Shown piece by piece: positions 1 to 10,834 of a stretch of 64,000 nt of DNA. The stretch lies in the IMG/VR virus record IMGVR_UViG_3300022555_000016; one strand, 5' to 3'. Each line of letters begins with the position of its first letter. Position 1 is the stretch's first letter. Source of the DNA: an uncultured virus (IMG/VR IMGVR_UViG_3300022555_000016) (taxonomy: Duplodnaviria > Heunggongvirae > Uroviricota > Caudoviricetes). The notes under the pieces are model-generated. The model searched no databases. It was given only the letters and a program-made list of their open reading frames with translations, and was not told the origin of the DNA. The translations under genes and the position numbers were made by a program.

Positions 1-185
1 AGAGACTACATGCTTGCTCGTGGGCTTCTAGAGACTACATGCTTGCTCGTGGGCTTCTAGAGACTACATGCTTGCTCGTGGGCTTCTAGAGACTACATGC
101 TTGCTCGTGGGCTTCTAGAGACTACATGCTTGCTCGTGGGCTTCTAGAGACTACATGCTTGCTCGTGGGCTTCTAGAGACTACAT
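1..185. repeat. Perfect 29-bp tandem repeat (AGAGACTACATGCTTGCTCGTGGGCTTCT), 6 full units plus a partial one, running off the window start
   Basis: Identical units at 1, 30, 59, 88, 117 and 146, partial at 175-185. No spacers. The last unit overlaps the stop codon of the 180..3905 gene. Confidence 0.95.
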
Positions 186-3100
186 TCCGCACTTAACCAG
201 CAGAGACGTGGAAGAGATAGCTTTACCTAACACGTAACTGGATTGGGTAGTTGATACAGCGCCTGAATTAGATACGTAGTACGTAGCACCCGGAGTCAAT
301 CCTGACTGATTGCTGTTAACCCCGTCGTAGAGAGTGACTGGTACTGACGCGCCGTTACCAACTGACTGGGTTGAGACGCCAATCAGGTTGGCGGCGTTAG
401 AGGAGGATACTGTATACAACTGAACGTAGGCATAATACGGACTTGAGTACTGGAAATAAATAAACAAAAGTTGACTACTTACTGAGTCCCAACAGGTGCT
501 TATAAGTTGGGTATTTTGGGAATTTACTATTGTAGGTGAATTAAATGTTATAGTGGTGCCTGATATAGTACCTACTACAACTGCTCCGTAATAAGCACTT
601 TTATACGAAGAAACTATTATAACTTTAGCATCAACAGGATCATAGCATATCGATATATAAGCCGCTAAAGCGGTACCAACAAAATAAGTAGAGGCTCCAA
701 ATGATACACTGTTACCAGAAACAGTACCTACTACGGCTTGACCGTAGTAGGTATTATCTTGGTAGGCTACAACTACTGTACTGTTAGTGGTATAGCATAT
801 ACTAATATAGCTGCAAGTTGCACTATAACAAGCTGTATTACCTGTAAAAGAGATACTATTGCCTGAAACAGTTCCTAAGATAACCAAGCAGTAATTGGAT
901 ATGTTCTGATAAGCTATTAAAATTTTAGCGTCAACAGGATCCCAACACATAGACACAAAAGAAGTAGTGTTGTTGTAAAACTGTACAGGAGTACCAAAGG
1001 ATAAACTAGTACCACTAACCGTACCTACTACCGCGTAACCGTAATTAGAAGTCCCTATATAAGATATAACAATAGTGTTATTACCTATATAACACGCAGT
1101 AGAGTTGATAGCCCTTGCCCCTGAGCTATAAGATACTGCTGAACCTAAGGTAATTGAGCTACCAGATATAGTTCCTGCCACTGCATAGCCTACAGAAGGA
1201 GAAGCTGAATTTCCGTATGCTAATACTACTGATGAACCTCCTACATATACAGTTGACGAGTAGTAATCCGTACCAACTCCTGTGGCTACTAATACAGGCG
1301 TACCAAAAGTAATATTACTACCTACTACGGTGCCTACCATAACATAGTAATAGCTATTACTATGTTGTACGTAGGTTACTACTACTTTATTATCAATAGG
1401 GTCATAACATATAGATAAATACTGACCAGCAGTTTGGCTCGACGATACTATAACAGGAGCCCCAATCCCACCCAAGTTAGGGGCCACAACAACGGCACCG
1501 CGTGTATTAGAGGTATCATTGTAACTGAACACGAACTGTTTGTCCGTTGAATCGTAGCAGACAGAAGAGTATGAGATATTTGTAGTACCTGCTACTGAGA
1601 ATGTATCAGTGAAACTAATACTTGTACCAGATACTGATCCTATTACTGCATTACCTGAATTATTCGAGGTTTGGTAGTAAATGCATACTTGATTATCATA
1701 AGGATCATAAGTTGATGATAAATATTGAGTATTGGCACTATTGAAGGTTACTGCAGCTCCAAAAGAGATACTCGTACCAGAAACAGTACCTACTACTGCA
1801 ATACCGTAATTATTATTGTTACTGTAGCTTATTATTACTTTGGAGTCCACTGAATCCCAGACTGTAGATATCCAGTAACTCAGAGAACTATTAAATACTA
1901 CTGCAGTACCAAATGAAATAGACATTCCACTAATTGTACCTACAGCTGAGTAACCTTGGTTAGGACTATTAACGTTAGAATAAGATACTATGACTTGACT
2001 AGTACCTATATAAGTAATACAACCAAAATTAGATGGGCCGGATATAATAGCCACTGAAGTACCAAAACTAACTGAGCTACCGGAGATAGTACCTACAATA
2101 GCTTGAGTATATCCAGTACCTCCACTACTACCATAAGCTATAATGATCTTATTATCTATAGAGTCGTAAACTAATGGTGAAAAATTTACTGAACCATAGG
2201 TGGTACTATTAGCATAGACTACTGCAGTACCGAAACTAACTGAGTTACCTGATACAGTACCTATAATACACATACCACTATAAGAATTATTAGTAGAAGA
2301 GTACGTAATTGCAATAGTAGAACTTAACGTACTGATAACGTTAATAGACTGCCAACCATTACCAGTTGCTGCATTACTAAATACTACCGGAGCACCAAAA
2401 CTAATACTGGTGCCAGATACCGTCCCCACTATAACAGTACCATAGTTAGAGTTGCCAGAGTCTGAATAGGCAATAACTACTTTACTGTCTACTGAGTCAT
2501 AGCAAGACGAGACGCAACCTATGGAGCCAGTAGATTTAATAGCTAAATTATTACCGTAAGTTATGGTTGTACCACTAACTGTAGCTACTGCTGTATAAGC
2601 TATAAAGGACGATACGTCTTGGATGGAAGCAATAATTAACTTAGAATCTGTAGAATCCCAGCATGAAGTTATTAATCCTGAGGAAAGAGGTGATGATAAA
2701 AACTGTACGGTAGTACCTTTGGTTAAAGTGTTTCCTGAAATAGTAGCTGCTACTGAATAGCTATATTGATTACCGGTAGCTTGAATATAAGAAACTATAA
2801 TTGCAGAATTATTCCAAGTTAAAGATGCCTGACTAGCATAACTTACAATGCTAATAGCCGTACCAAAGGACACTGAATTACCAGACACTGTACCAGCTAC
2901 AAGATAAGTAGTTGTATTTCCTTGATTGTAAAATACGACAATACTGCTGCCAGTAGTGTAGCTAATATATGCGGCGTTAGTTGCTGAACTATTAAAGATT
3001 ACTGGACTACCGAAGCTAATAGAGGTTCCGCTCACTGTACCTACAGTTACATAACCACTATTACCACAGTACGCTATTATAGCTTTACTGTCAGTTGAAT

Positions 3101-3905
3101 CCCAACAAATATCTACACCATAGGTAGTAGCACTTGACGACGAGGAAAAAACAACTGCACTACCAAAACTGAGGGTTGCAGCATTCCCGGTTCCACTAAT
3201 CGTACCAACTTTAGCATATCCGTAACCGGTGTTAGCATCTTTATACGCTACTACTAACTTAGAATCAGCAGTATCCCAGCAACCAGTTACAAACTGTGTA
3301 GTACCTTGATTAAAGATTACGGGAGAACCGAGTGTTAATGTAGTACCAGAAACTGAACAAATAATAGCGGTACCGGACTGAGAGTTACTCATATCATTAT
3401 AGAGTATCACAATTTGTGAACCTGTATATACTAGTCCTAAAGAATTTATACCACTGAGAGTACTAAATAATACTGGACTTTGCCAGTTAATGGACGAGCC
3501 TGATACTGTACCTAAAATTAAATAACCTAATTGATTGTTGTCACTATAGGCCAATAATACTTGACTATTACCAATATATAAAGAATCGTTGTAATAGTAC
3601 ATTTTAACTGCACTATTGAAAACCACAGGACTCCCAGGTGTAGTAGAATAAGTCAACTGAACTACTTGAGAAACAGTACCATCACTGTTCAAAGCGACGG
3701 GAGCCCCAGCAGTGATAGCGCCACTAGCGGTAAAGGTGGCCCCACCTGATCCAGACCCGATTTTGTTGGAAATGGCCGAGGTAACGAAAGCGGTAGTGGC
3801 TAGGTTAGTTGAGTTGTCGCCTGCAGTAGGAGTTTGCAAATTGACGGTGCTGGCAACAGTTAGATTGCGACCTACATTGAGGTCACCCAGCACGGTAAAA
3901 GACAT
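180..3905 (-). CDS. Tail fibre / receptor-binding-like protein with ~50-aa beta-repeats
   Basis: 1241 aa. N-terminal TPTAGDNSTxLATTAFV tail-fibre motif, many GTVSGTSISFGxxVVF repeats, C-terminal NQSGLTPGxxYYV module. Confidence 0.75.
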   Translation of the reverse strand: MSFTVLGDLNVGRNLTVASTVNLQTPTAGDNSTNLATTAFVTSAISNKIGSGSGGATFTASGAITAGAPVALNSDGTVSQVVQLTYSTTPGSPVVFNSAVKMYYYNDSLYIGNSQVLLAYSDNNQLGYLILGTVSGSSINWQSPVLFSTLSGINSLGLVYTGSQIVILYNDMSNSQSGTAIICSVSGTTLTLGSPVIFNQGTTQFVTGCWDTADSKLVVAYKDANTGYGYAKVGTISGTGNAATLSFGSAVVFSSSSSATTYGVDICWDSTDSKAIIAYCGNSGYVTVGTVSGTSISFGSPVIFNSSATNAAYISYTTGSSIVVFYNQGNTTTYLVAGTVSGNSVSFGTAISIVSYASQASLTWNNSAIIVSYIQATGNQYSYSVAATISGNTLTKGTTVQFLSSPLSSGLITSCWDSTDSKLIIASIQDVSSFIAYTAVATVSGTTITYGNNLAIKSTGSIGCVSSCYDSVDSKVVIAYSDSGNSNYGTVIVGTVSGTSISFGAPVVFSNAATGNGWQSINVISTLSSTIAITYSSTNNSYSGMCIIGTVSGNSVSFGTAVVYANSTTYGSVNFSPLVYDSIDNKIIIAYGSSGGTGYTQAIVGTISGSSVSFGTSVAIISGPSNFGCITYIGTSQVIVSYSNVNSPNQGYSAVGTISGMSISFGTAVVFNSSLSYWISTVWDSVDSKVIISYSNNNNYGIAVVGTVSGTSISFGAAVTFNSANTQYLSSTYDPYDNQVCIYYQTSNNSGNAVIGSVSGTSISFTDTFSVAGTTNISYSSVCYDSTDKQFVFSYNDTSNTRGAVVVAPNLGGIGAPVIVSSSQTAGQYLSICYDPIDNKVVVTYVQHSNSYYYVMVGTVVGSNITFGTPVLVATGVGTDYYSSTVYVGGSSVVLAYGNSASPSVGYAVAGTISGSSITLGSAVSYSSGARAINSTACYIGNNTIVISYIGTSNYGYAVVGTVSGTSLSFGTPVQFYNNTTSFVSMCWDPVDAKILIAYQNISNYCLVILGTVSGNSISFTGNTACYSATCSYISICYTTNSTVVVAYQDNTYYGQAVVGTVSGNSVSFGASTYFVGTALAAYISICYDPVDAKVIIVSSYKSAYYGAVVVGTISGTTITFNSPTIVNSQNTQLISTCWDSVSSQLLFIYFQYSSPYYAYVQLYTVSSSNAANLIGVSTQSVGNGASVPVTLYDGVNSNQSGLTPGATYYVSNSGAVSTTQSSYVLGKAISSTSLLVKCGM

Positions 3906-4020
3906 GATTTTAAGTCCTCGCTAGAATGAATTGCTAAAATAGCACTATTACACAAAATTAGGTTAGGTGGGTAGGTGGAGGTTTGGGAAAATGACAACCC
4001 CACCTACCCAGCAGCAGCAA

Positions 4021-4200
4021 CTAGTTGGTGGTTTGGACTAACAACTTAGTGGCCGATACCGCTTTACCAATTGGGTAACTAGTGACGGTAGTTGCCGCTA
4101 GGGTTTAATTGTCTGTACTGGAAGGGGTAGGTGCTGTTAGGAAACCGGAAACAACTAAGTTGCGACTAACGGTTAAGTCTCCATCGACCTGGAATGACAT
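4021..4200 (-). pseudogene. Collapsed third tail-fibre paralog (N-terminus joined to C-terminus, internal TAA)
   Basis: Manual translation MSFQVDGDLTVSRNLVVSGFLTAPTPSSTDN*TLAATTVTSYPIGKAVSATKLLVQTTN* matches both termini of the neighbouring paralogs. TAA at 4105-4107. Confidence 0.9.
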
Positions 4201-4304
4201 GAAATGAACCTTTCTTTACAAGAATGACGTAATTCAAAAACTTGGGAAATTACACGGTATGGAGTTGCATTGTGGTGTTGTGGCGTTGTAGGGTTGTAGT
4301 AGTG

Positions 4305-4345
4305 GGGACCTTGGGCTGTTATTTTAACGAACAGCCCAAGGTCCC
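4305..4345. terminator. Hairpin, probable terminator of the 4365..8094 gene
   Basis: GGGACCTTGGGCTGTT / AACAGCCCAAGGTCCC, perfect 16-bp inverted repeat with 9-nt loop. Confidence 0.65.
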
Positions 4346-4364
4346 TGTGTGTTAGACAACGAGG

Positions 4365-7300
4365 TTAGGGTCCGACTATCAGTTTAGTGGCAGAGATAGC
4401 TCGGCCGATTTGGTAATTAGACACGGTGGTGGAGATGGTACCGGCGTTGTTGACGTAGTACCGCGATCCGGGAGTCAGACCGGATTGGTTACTGTTCACG
4501 CCACCTTTTGTTGTTATTGCAACACTGGCACCGTTACCAACCGTCTGGGTTGAGACACCGATCAGGTTGGATAGGTTGGAGCCCACATAAGATAGCACTT
4601 TAGCCATGCTTAGGTTAGTAGTGTAGTCTTTATATGTAACTATAAACTGATTTATACTAGCATCATAACTTACAGATAGGGCTCCGGTTATTCCTATATA
4701 TAGTATAGTACCTACAGTAATAGTTGATCCTGAAATAGTCATAGAGGTCATAGCACCGTGATTGATAGGGTTACTAACATCTGTACTAAATATGACTAAT
4801 TTTTGGTCAACTGAACTATAAGCTGCATAAGCGGTACCGACACCTATGGTATCATAAGCTACGGGTGAGCCGAAGGTAATGTTAGTTCCACTAACAGTGC
4901 CTACTATAGCATAGTAATAGTAAGGAGGTGCTTGAATATCATACCCTATAACAACTGTTGTACTGTTAATAGCGCATACGAAGTTACGATAATTGTTAGA
5001 AACACTTGAGTAAGTTACTGCTGCTCCAAATGATACTGAAGTACCTGATATTGTACCTACTGCCGCGTACAAAGAGGCGGACGATCCTGACGCGTATATC
5101 ACTACAAATTGATTAGTATTAGGTAAGTAATCCATAGTATAGCTAGAGAAGGTATTACTGGAGCTAGATATATTAACAGGAGTTCCTAAAACTACAGTAT
5201 TAGTGGAAATAGTACCTACTACTACGTCTACATAATAGTACGAGCCGTTATTATAAGTGTAACTTATTACCACTGCATTATTAGTAGAGCTATAAATAAG
5301 TGAGCCTAACATGGTACTAGAAGTATACTGTGTATACACTGATGTTACAGGCCCTAGAGCTATCGTAGAACCTGTAACTGTTCCTAGTACAATATATACG
5401 TAACTACCAGCTGTATATAATAAAGCTACAGTATTAGTATTTATCTTGTATAAACTGGGATAAAAGGTACTGCTTGTACTAAAAGTCACAGGAGAGCCAA
5501 ATACGATAGAAGGTCCTGAAACTGAACCAACTACAAGGTACCCGTAATAAGGGCTATTAGAATCTGAATACGCTATTACAAATTTACCGTTACCTAAGCA
5601 ACATGAAGAGTGCATATAAGTTATTGTGGAACCACTGAATCCACTGGGTAGTCCGATAAACCCAAGGTTAGGAGCCACTACAACGGCACCGCGTGTATTA
5701 GAGGTATCATTGTAACTAAACACGAACTGTTTGTCCGTTGAATCATAGCATACTGATGGGTAAGTAGCGGCTAAACTAGACGCTGGAAGAAAAGAGTCCG
5801 TGAAAATTATGGTCGCTGAGCTACCTGTGCCACTTACGCTTCCAATTACTGCGGTGCCGTAGTTACTATTTCCTACGTTAATGTAGTATATACAGACTTG
5901 TGAATCGTAAGGGTCATAGGATATTGAAATACCGTAAGTACTTGTAGTGCTGGCACTGTTAAAGACCACAGGTGTACCAAAAGTGATAGAAGTGCCGGAT
6001 ACGGTACCTACTACTGAAGTACCGTAATTGTTATTGGTGTTAGTATACGCAATAACAATGTTATTACCCGTATAGACTATAGAATTATAATTTGATTGGT
6101 AGGAGTTGTAAGTAACCGCTGTGCCGAAAGAAATGCTGGTTCCACTGACTGTTCCTACAACAGCTTTACCGTTATACGGACTAGAAAAAGTACTGTAAGC
6201 TATTACTACTGTACTAGTGCCTGTTATATAGCATAAAGACGGCCAAATAGTATTAACGGAACTAAACTGAACTGCAGTACCGAAGCTAATACTCGTACCA
6301 GAAACTGTACCTACAATAGCGTAACCTGTAGTACTACCGCCCCCATAAGCCACTACTAACTTAGAATCAGTAGAGTCATAGCAACTAGCCACTGATGTTG
6401 ATGAAATATCTGAACTTACAAATGTTACAGCCGTACCAAAAGAAATAGATGTACCAGATACAGTGCCTACAATTGACTGACCGCTAGTATTACTATTAGA
6501 ATAGCTAATTACTACCGTACTATTAGCAATATAACACGTGTTGGTGAAATTAGTAGTACTAGTGTTGAAAACTACTGGACTACCAAAACTGACAGTAGTG
6601 CCAGAAACTGTACCAACAATACAGGTGCCTTGGTTAGAGTTGCCAGCGTCAGAGTAAGCAATGATCACTTTTCCGTCAGTGGAATCATAGCACGACGATA
6701 CGTAGGCTACCGTTCCGTTGTGTAAAGGTGCTGCTGTTCCATAACTTATAGAATATCCACTTATTGATCCAGCAACATAGTAAACTGGAGAATTATAGGC
6801 ATATACCCCTATAATTTTATCATCTGTCGCGTCATAACACATACTCATGGGGTAAGTAGAGTATAACGTGGTAATAGCACAAGGAGTTCCTATATTAACG
6901 ATAGAGTTTCCTGAAATTGCAGCTAAAATTGTATATGGGTGAGCGTTAACATCATAGTATGAAAATAAAATTCGGTCTTCATAGGAAGAGTAACATAAGC
7001 TAATGAGACTGTAACAGTCTCCAATGCTTCTTATAGTTTGATAAGAATTAAATGATACACTAGCTCCAGATAGCGTACCTACAGATCCGTATAAATAAAA
7101 ATTAACGTCAATAAATCCCAAAAAAACTTTATTTTCAGAAGATGCGTAATACAGCTTCTGATTACTGGACCTTATATTAAACTGTACAGTATTTGAACCG
7201 AAGACGATAGAAGTACCAGATACAGTACCTACTACTGCACTTACCCCGTAAATTGGACTACTAAGATTATTTGCGTAAAATATTGCGGTTATTGTACTGT

Positions 7301-8094
7301 TACCCGAGTAACACATGTCTGTCATTGAATAAGCATGTGTATTAGGGTCTGAAGTTAACGGAATAGTTACCCCTGACCCTAATGATATGTTGGTACCTGA
7401 TACAGTACCAACCACTGTAATAACAGATGGGGTTACTGCAGTGGTTGGTACCTGATACAGTACCAACCACTGCAGTAACCCCATCTGTTATTACAACAGT
7501 ATGACTACTCACTACATAGCTCATAGCAAATACAGTTAGTGTAGTGTTTACTGCAGTACCTAACGATACGGTAGTACCTGATACGGTACCTACCACTACA
7601 TAAGTAGAATACGCCAAAACTACTACGTTATCTGTAGAATTATATACTAAAGCCGTTGCTGTAGACGGTATAGTAACAGGAGCACCAAAAGATATCGTAG
7701 TTCCACTAACTGTACCTACTACAATATTAGAACCATATGTTACTACTACTTTACTATTAGTAATGTACACAACTATAGGGTTACCTCCATTATTTCTATA
7801 AGTGCTAGTAAACCCAACAGGCGTCCCAGGAGTAGTGGAGTAGGCCAATTGAACTACTTGACTAACAGTACCGTCAGAATTCAAAGCGACAGGTGATCCT
7901 GCACTTATACTCCCAGAAGCAGTAGCGGTTAGGCTACCAGAACCACCAGTTAACGATGAAACAGCGTTAGTAACGTAAGCAGTAGTGGCAATGTAGGTCG
8001 AGTTATCACCAGCAGTGGGTGTAGTAGAGGTGGCGGTGTTGAGAACGGTCATGTTGCGTAGAACGGATAAATCACCTACTATAGAGTAAGGCAT
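4365..8094 (-). pseudogene. Second tail-fibre-like paralog, frameshifted by a 55-bp insertion (ORFs 7342..8094 and 4365..7484)
   Basis: Direct repeat at 7389-7417 and 7444-7472 (offset 55 bp). Removing 55 bp gives 3675 bp, a 1224-aa frame colinear with the 1241-aa paralog. Confidence 0.85.
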
Positions 8095-8177
8095 TTGAAA
8101 AGCTCCTTTTAACTTGAAAAACTGAATTAAATTTCTGACTATTAAGATGGGACCAAAAATGTTAAAAGCGGGCTGGG

Positions 8178-8216
8178 GAGCAGACGTTGATTCTGCTAAG
8201 GAATCAACGTCTGCTC
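8178..8216. terminator. Intergenic hairpin
   Basis: GAGCAGACGTTGATTC / GAATCAACGTCTGCTC, perfect 16-bp inverted repeat. Confidence 0.6.
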
Positions 8217-8310
8217 TTCTAATTAAAAAAGTGAGGGGCTGAGAAGATTGTGTGCCTACAATTAAAATTAAGTTTTACCTGAAAAGGGATTAAATAGCAA
8301 AGACGCGAGG

Positions 8311-9255
8311 TCAGGGCAACTTGGGGCGAATGGTGGTGTTCAGGTTGGGTAGGCGGGTTAGTTTTTTGTCGGTTGCTGAACGAATTGTCACAGGAGCAGT
8401 TGGTTCTTCAGACATCAAATATTTAAAAATCTTCTTTAAGAATCTGTGCCAGGAATGCTCAATCTCGTGGTGGGCAGTTTTTAATTGCTTCAGGGTAGAG
8501 TAAAAACTGTGCAAAGAAGTTCCTTGTGGTATGCTGACTGGAGCGGACAGATACTTTTTCAATAACTGCTTGGCTTCTTTACGAGTGTTTGTGACTTGAA
8601 ACAGTTCCAGAACTACGGAGGTCGAGTGAGCATCGATTTCGTGGAAGCTTGAGAGGTATTGGATGCCTTCGTGTACGTAAGAAGGTAGTTGTAAGGAGTC
8701 CAAGGTGTCTTTCCGAATCTCGGACTTAGCAGTGAGAGGTAGGTGGCGGTTTTTGTAAGGAACTCTAGAAAATTGGAGAGCGTGAGTTATCTCATGACTG
8801 AGACGTAACGCCATTTCAGAAACTACTGTTGTGTTACTCTTGTCAAGGTACTCTTCATAGTCTATTCCAAATTCGACTATTAGAATATAATCGGTAGAGT
8901 CGTTAGAGTCGTTAGAATCGTTAGTAGTGTCAGGATTGACTCGAGTCTTAATATCTGCTAGAGCACCGTCCTTAAGCACTAGGCCAAAGTCTTGATTTAG
9001 GTCTACCAACACAATGAATAAATTATTACGGTTGGCTTCTTTGGAGGAATACCGATAAAGGTTGAAGTATTTTGCCACTATATGCCAAAACTGAAACTCC
9101 AGGCGATTCGTGTACTCCTGTTGACGACTCAGGGGTTGCTTGTGGATTGATTCTATAGCTGTGTAACACTCTATAAAAAGAGCCACAAAGTCTAGTTGAG
9201 TTATGGTTGGAGTAGGGGTTGGGGTGGGGGTAGAGTTTTGATTTGATATAGACAC
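8311..9255 (-). CDS. HExxH zincin-like metallopeptidase-motif protein
   Basis: LSHEITHALQ with downstream YL..HEIDAH. Paralog of 9850..10719. Confidence 0.6.
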   Translation of the reverse strand: MSISNQNSTPTPTPTPTITQLDFVALFIECYTAIESIHKQPLSRQQEYTNRLEFQFWHIVAKYFNLYRYSSKEANRNNLFIVLVDLNQDFGLVLKDGALADIKTRVNPDTTNDSNDSNDSTDYILIVEFGIDYEEYLDKSNTTVVSEMALRLSHEITHALQFSRVPYKNRHLPLTAKSEIRKDTLDSLQLPSYVHEGIQYLSSFHEIDAHSTSVVLELFQVTNTRKEAKQLLKKYLSAPVSIPQGTSLHSFYSTLKQLKTAHHEIEHSWHRFLKKIFKYLMSEEPTAPVTIRSATDKKLTRLPNLNTTIRPKLP

Positions 9256-9301
9256 TTGGATTCTCTTTTAGGTCTAGAGTTGTTATTGGTTGTTGTTGAG
9301 G

Positions 9302-9571
9302 TTACCTGTGTTTAGCAGTACCGGCACGTGGATTCGCCTTCCTATTTCCAGCTAGGCGCCGGTTCCAGACAGTTTTACCTGTCTGTAGAGTTTTTATTAA
9401 CGCTGCACGAGCCTTAGCTATAGTCGCTTTTGACCGTTTCTTACCGCGTGTCTTAGAAGCGGCCTTCTTACCTCTAGCAACAGCGGAATGGTCCTTATTT
9501 CTGCGTTTCCCGGTTAACCTGTCATAAACCCATGTTTTGGGCTTTTGAGGTTTCCGTTTTTTGGTAGCCAT
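9302..9571 (-). CDS. Small basic K/R-rich protein (protamine-like)
   Basis: ATG at 9571 (MATKKRK) preceded by AGGAG. Shares DRxTGKxRxKD and TLxTGKT with 10835..11188. Confidence 0.75.
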   Translation of the reverse strand: MATKKRKPQKPKTWVYDRLTGKRRNKDHSAVARGKKAASKTRGKKRSKATIAKARAALIKTLQTGKTVWNRRLAGNRKANPRAGTAKHR

Positions 9572-9849
9572 GGGTGAAACCCTTTCTCCTAAAAAATTAA
9601 CACGGAACAACAGTAGGAGTAGATTTGGAGCGTAACTCGTTTAGCTGACTGGTTAGATATTCTATTGTCTCAAGTAAGTCGTCCTTGTGTTCGCCAGTCT
9701 CATAAGGTAGTTGGCTTTTAAGAGATTTAATCCGTTTGTTAAGCTCGGCGATTTGTGCTTTAGTTGTAGTGGACATTTTCTTAAAACCTTTTTATAGTTT
9801 GGATAATAGCACAGTTTAACACTAGTGTAGCGAAAAGTCAAGGACGTTT

Positions 9850-10719
9850 TTAAGGTAGCGGACGAACTGGAATTGAAGTTAGGTTCATGGACCGAGCACG
9901 AGAATGATGCTGATTTATATAGCGAAAGACTCGGGTGCAGAATTTGTGCCAAGCTTCCAAGGAATCAGGCTGAGAGCGAACGTGAGTCCAGTACCTAGCC
10001 AAAGTTGACGTAGGTGATAGTTTTTCTGGGTTTTTAAAGTACCAGTCCAGAAGGGCTGCTGGTTTTTTGTTAGATTGTTCGGCTGCGTATATAACCTCAT
10101 TGGCACAACTAGAAGCAAAAGAATCAATCTCAGTTGACTTACCAAGATAATTAGGCGAATTGTCAGTGGAATCACCAATAGCGTTTGGGAGCAAGGGATC
10201 AACAGAAGGGGTCAAACCGGGAATGTCCATCTTGTTTTGGTATTTAGTGTGTTGGTCTAGAGTAGTGGACTTAGGACGACGGTTGATCTGAACCAGATGA
10301 ACTATCTCATGAGTTAACGAGGTTATTAGCTGTTGAACATAGTCGTCCAGTTTACCAGTTACTAGAAAGGAGTCAAAAGACTGAAGAATTTTTCTATTGT
10401 CGAATTTAACAGCTAAAACAAAACGGTAGATAGTGTTGCCTCTAGTTACAGGAGTCAGCACAGCGTCGTAGTCAAGATTTAATTGGTCTTCAATGGTAAC
10501 ACTGAATCCAGGACTGTAGGAATTAGCCAGAGCAGTTAGTTCAGTCTCGAGATGAAGTTTAAGATGACTTTGGAATAGATTCCGTTGCGGCACGTCGTAG
10601 TTTTTGTTCAAAGAGAAAGTCTTTCTAAAAACATTCTCCAACTCTGAGTACATTTTCCGCTGTTCTATAGCAGCGACGGTCTGATAATAAGTCTTGATAT
10701 GTTCTAGATTGGGTCTCAT
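9850..10719 (-). CDS. HExxH zincin-like metallopeptidase-motif protein
   Basis: LTHEIVHLVQ with downstream YLGKSTEIDSF. Paralog of 8311..9255. Confidence 0.6.
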   Translation of the reverse strand: MRPNLEHIKTYYQTVAAIEQRKMYSELENVFRKTFSLNKNYDVPQRNLFQSHLKLHLETELTALANSYSPGFSVTIEDQLNLDYDAVLTPVTRGNTIYRFVLAVKFDNRKILQSFDSFLVTGKLDDYVQQLITSLTHEIVHLVQINRRPKSTTLDQHTKYQNKMDIPGLTPSVDPLLPNAIGDSTDNSPNYLGKSTEIDSFASSCANEVIYAAEQSNKKPAALLDWYFKNPEKLSPTSTLARYWTHVRSQPDSLEAWHKFCTRVFRYINQHHSRARSMNLTSIPVRPLP

Positions 10720-10770
10720 TTTGAAAAACCTTTATTTTTGAATTAGAAAAAGACGCTATTAACTAAAATT

Positions 10771-10816
10771 AAGAAAACGGCTTAGAGTCTTATTTTTGAC
10801 TCTAAGCCGTTTTCTT
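10771..10816. terminator. Terminator hairpin
   Basis: 19-bp perfect inverted repeat AAGAAAACGGCTTAGAGTC / GACTCTAAGCCGTTTTCTT just downstream of 10835..11188. Confidence 0.75.
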
Positions 10817-10834
10817 GTTGTTAGGGGTAAGGAA

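Noticed and set aside
1..185. CRISPR array
   Set aside because: The 29-bp units abut directly with no spacers, and no cas genes are present.
180..8094. Diversity-generating retroelement or invertase shufflon acting on the tail fibres
   Set aside because: No reverse transcriptase or recombinase is in the window, there is no adenine-specific TR/VR pair, and all copies are co-oriented.
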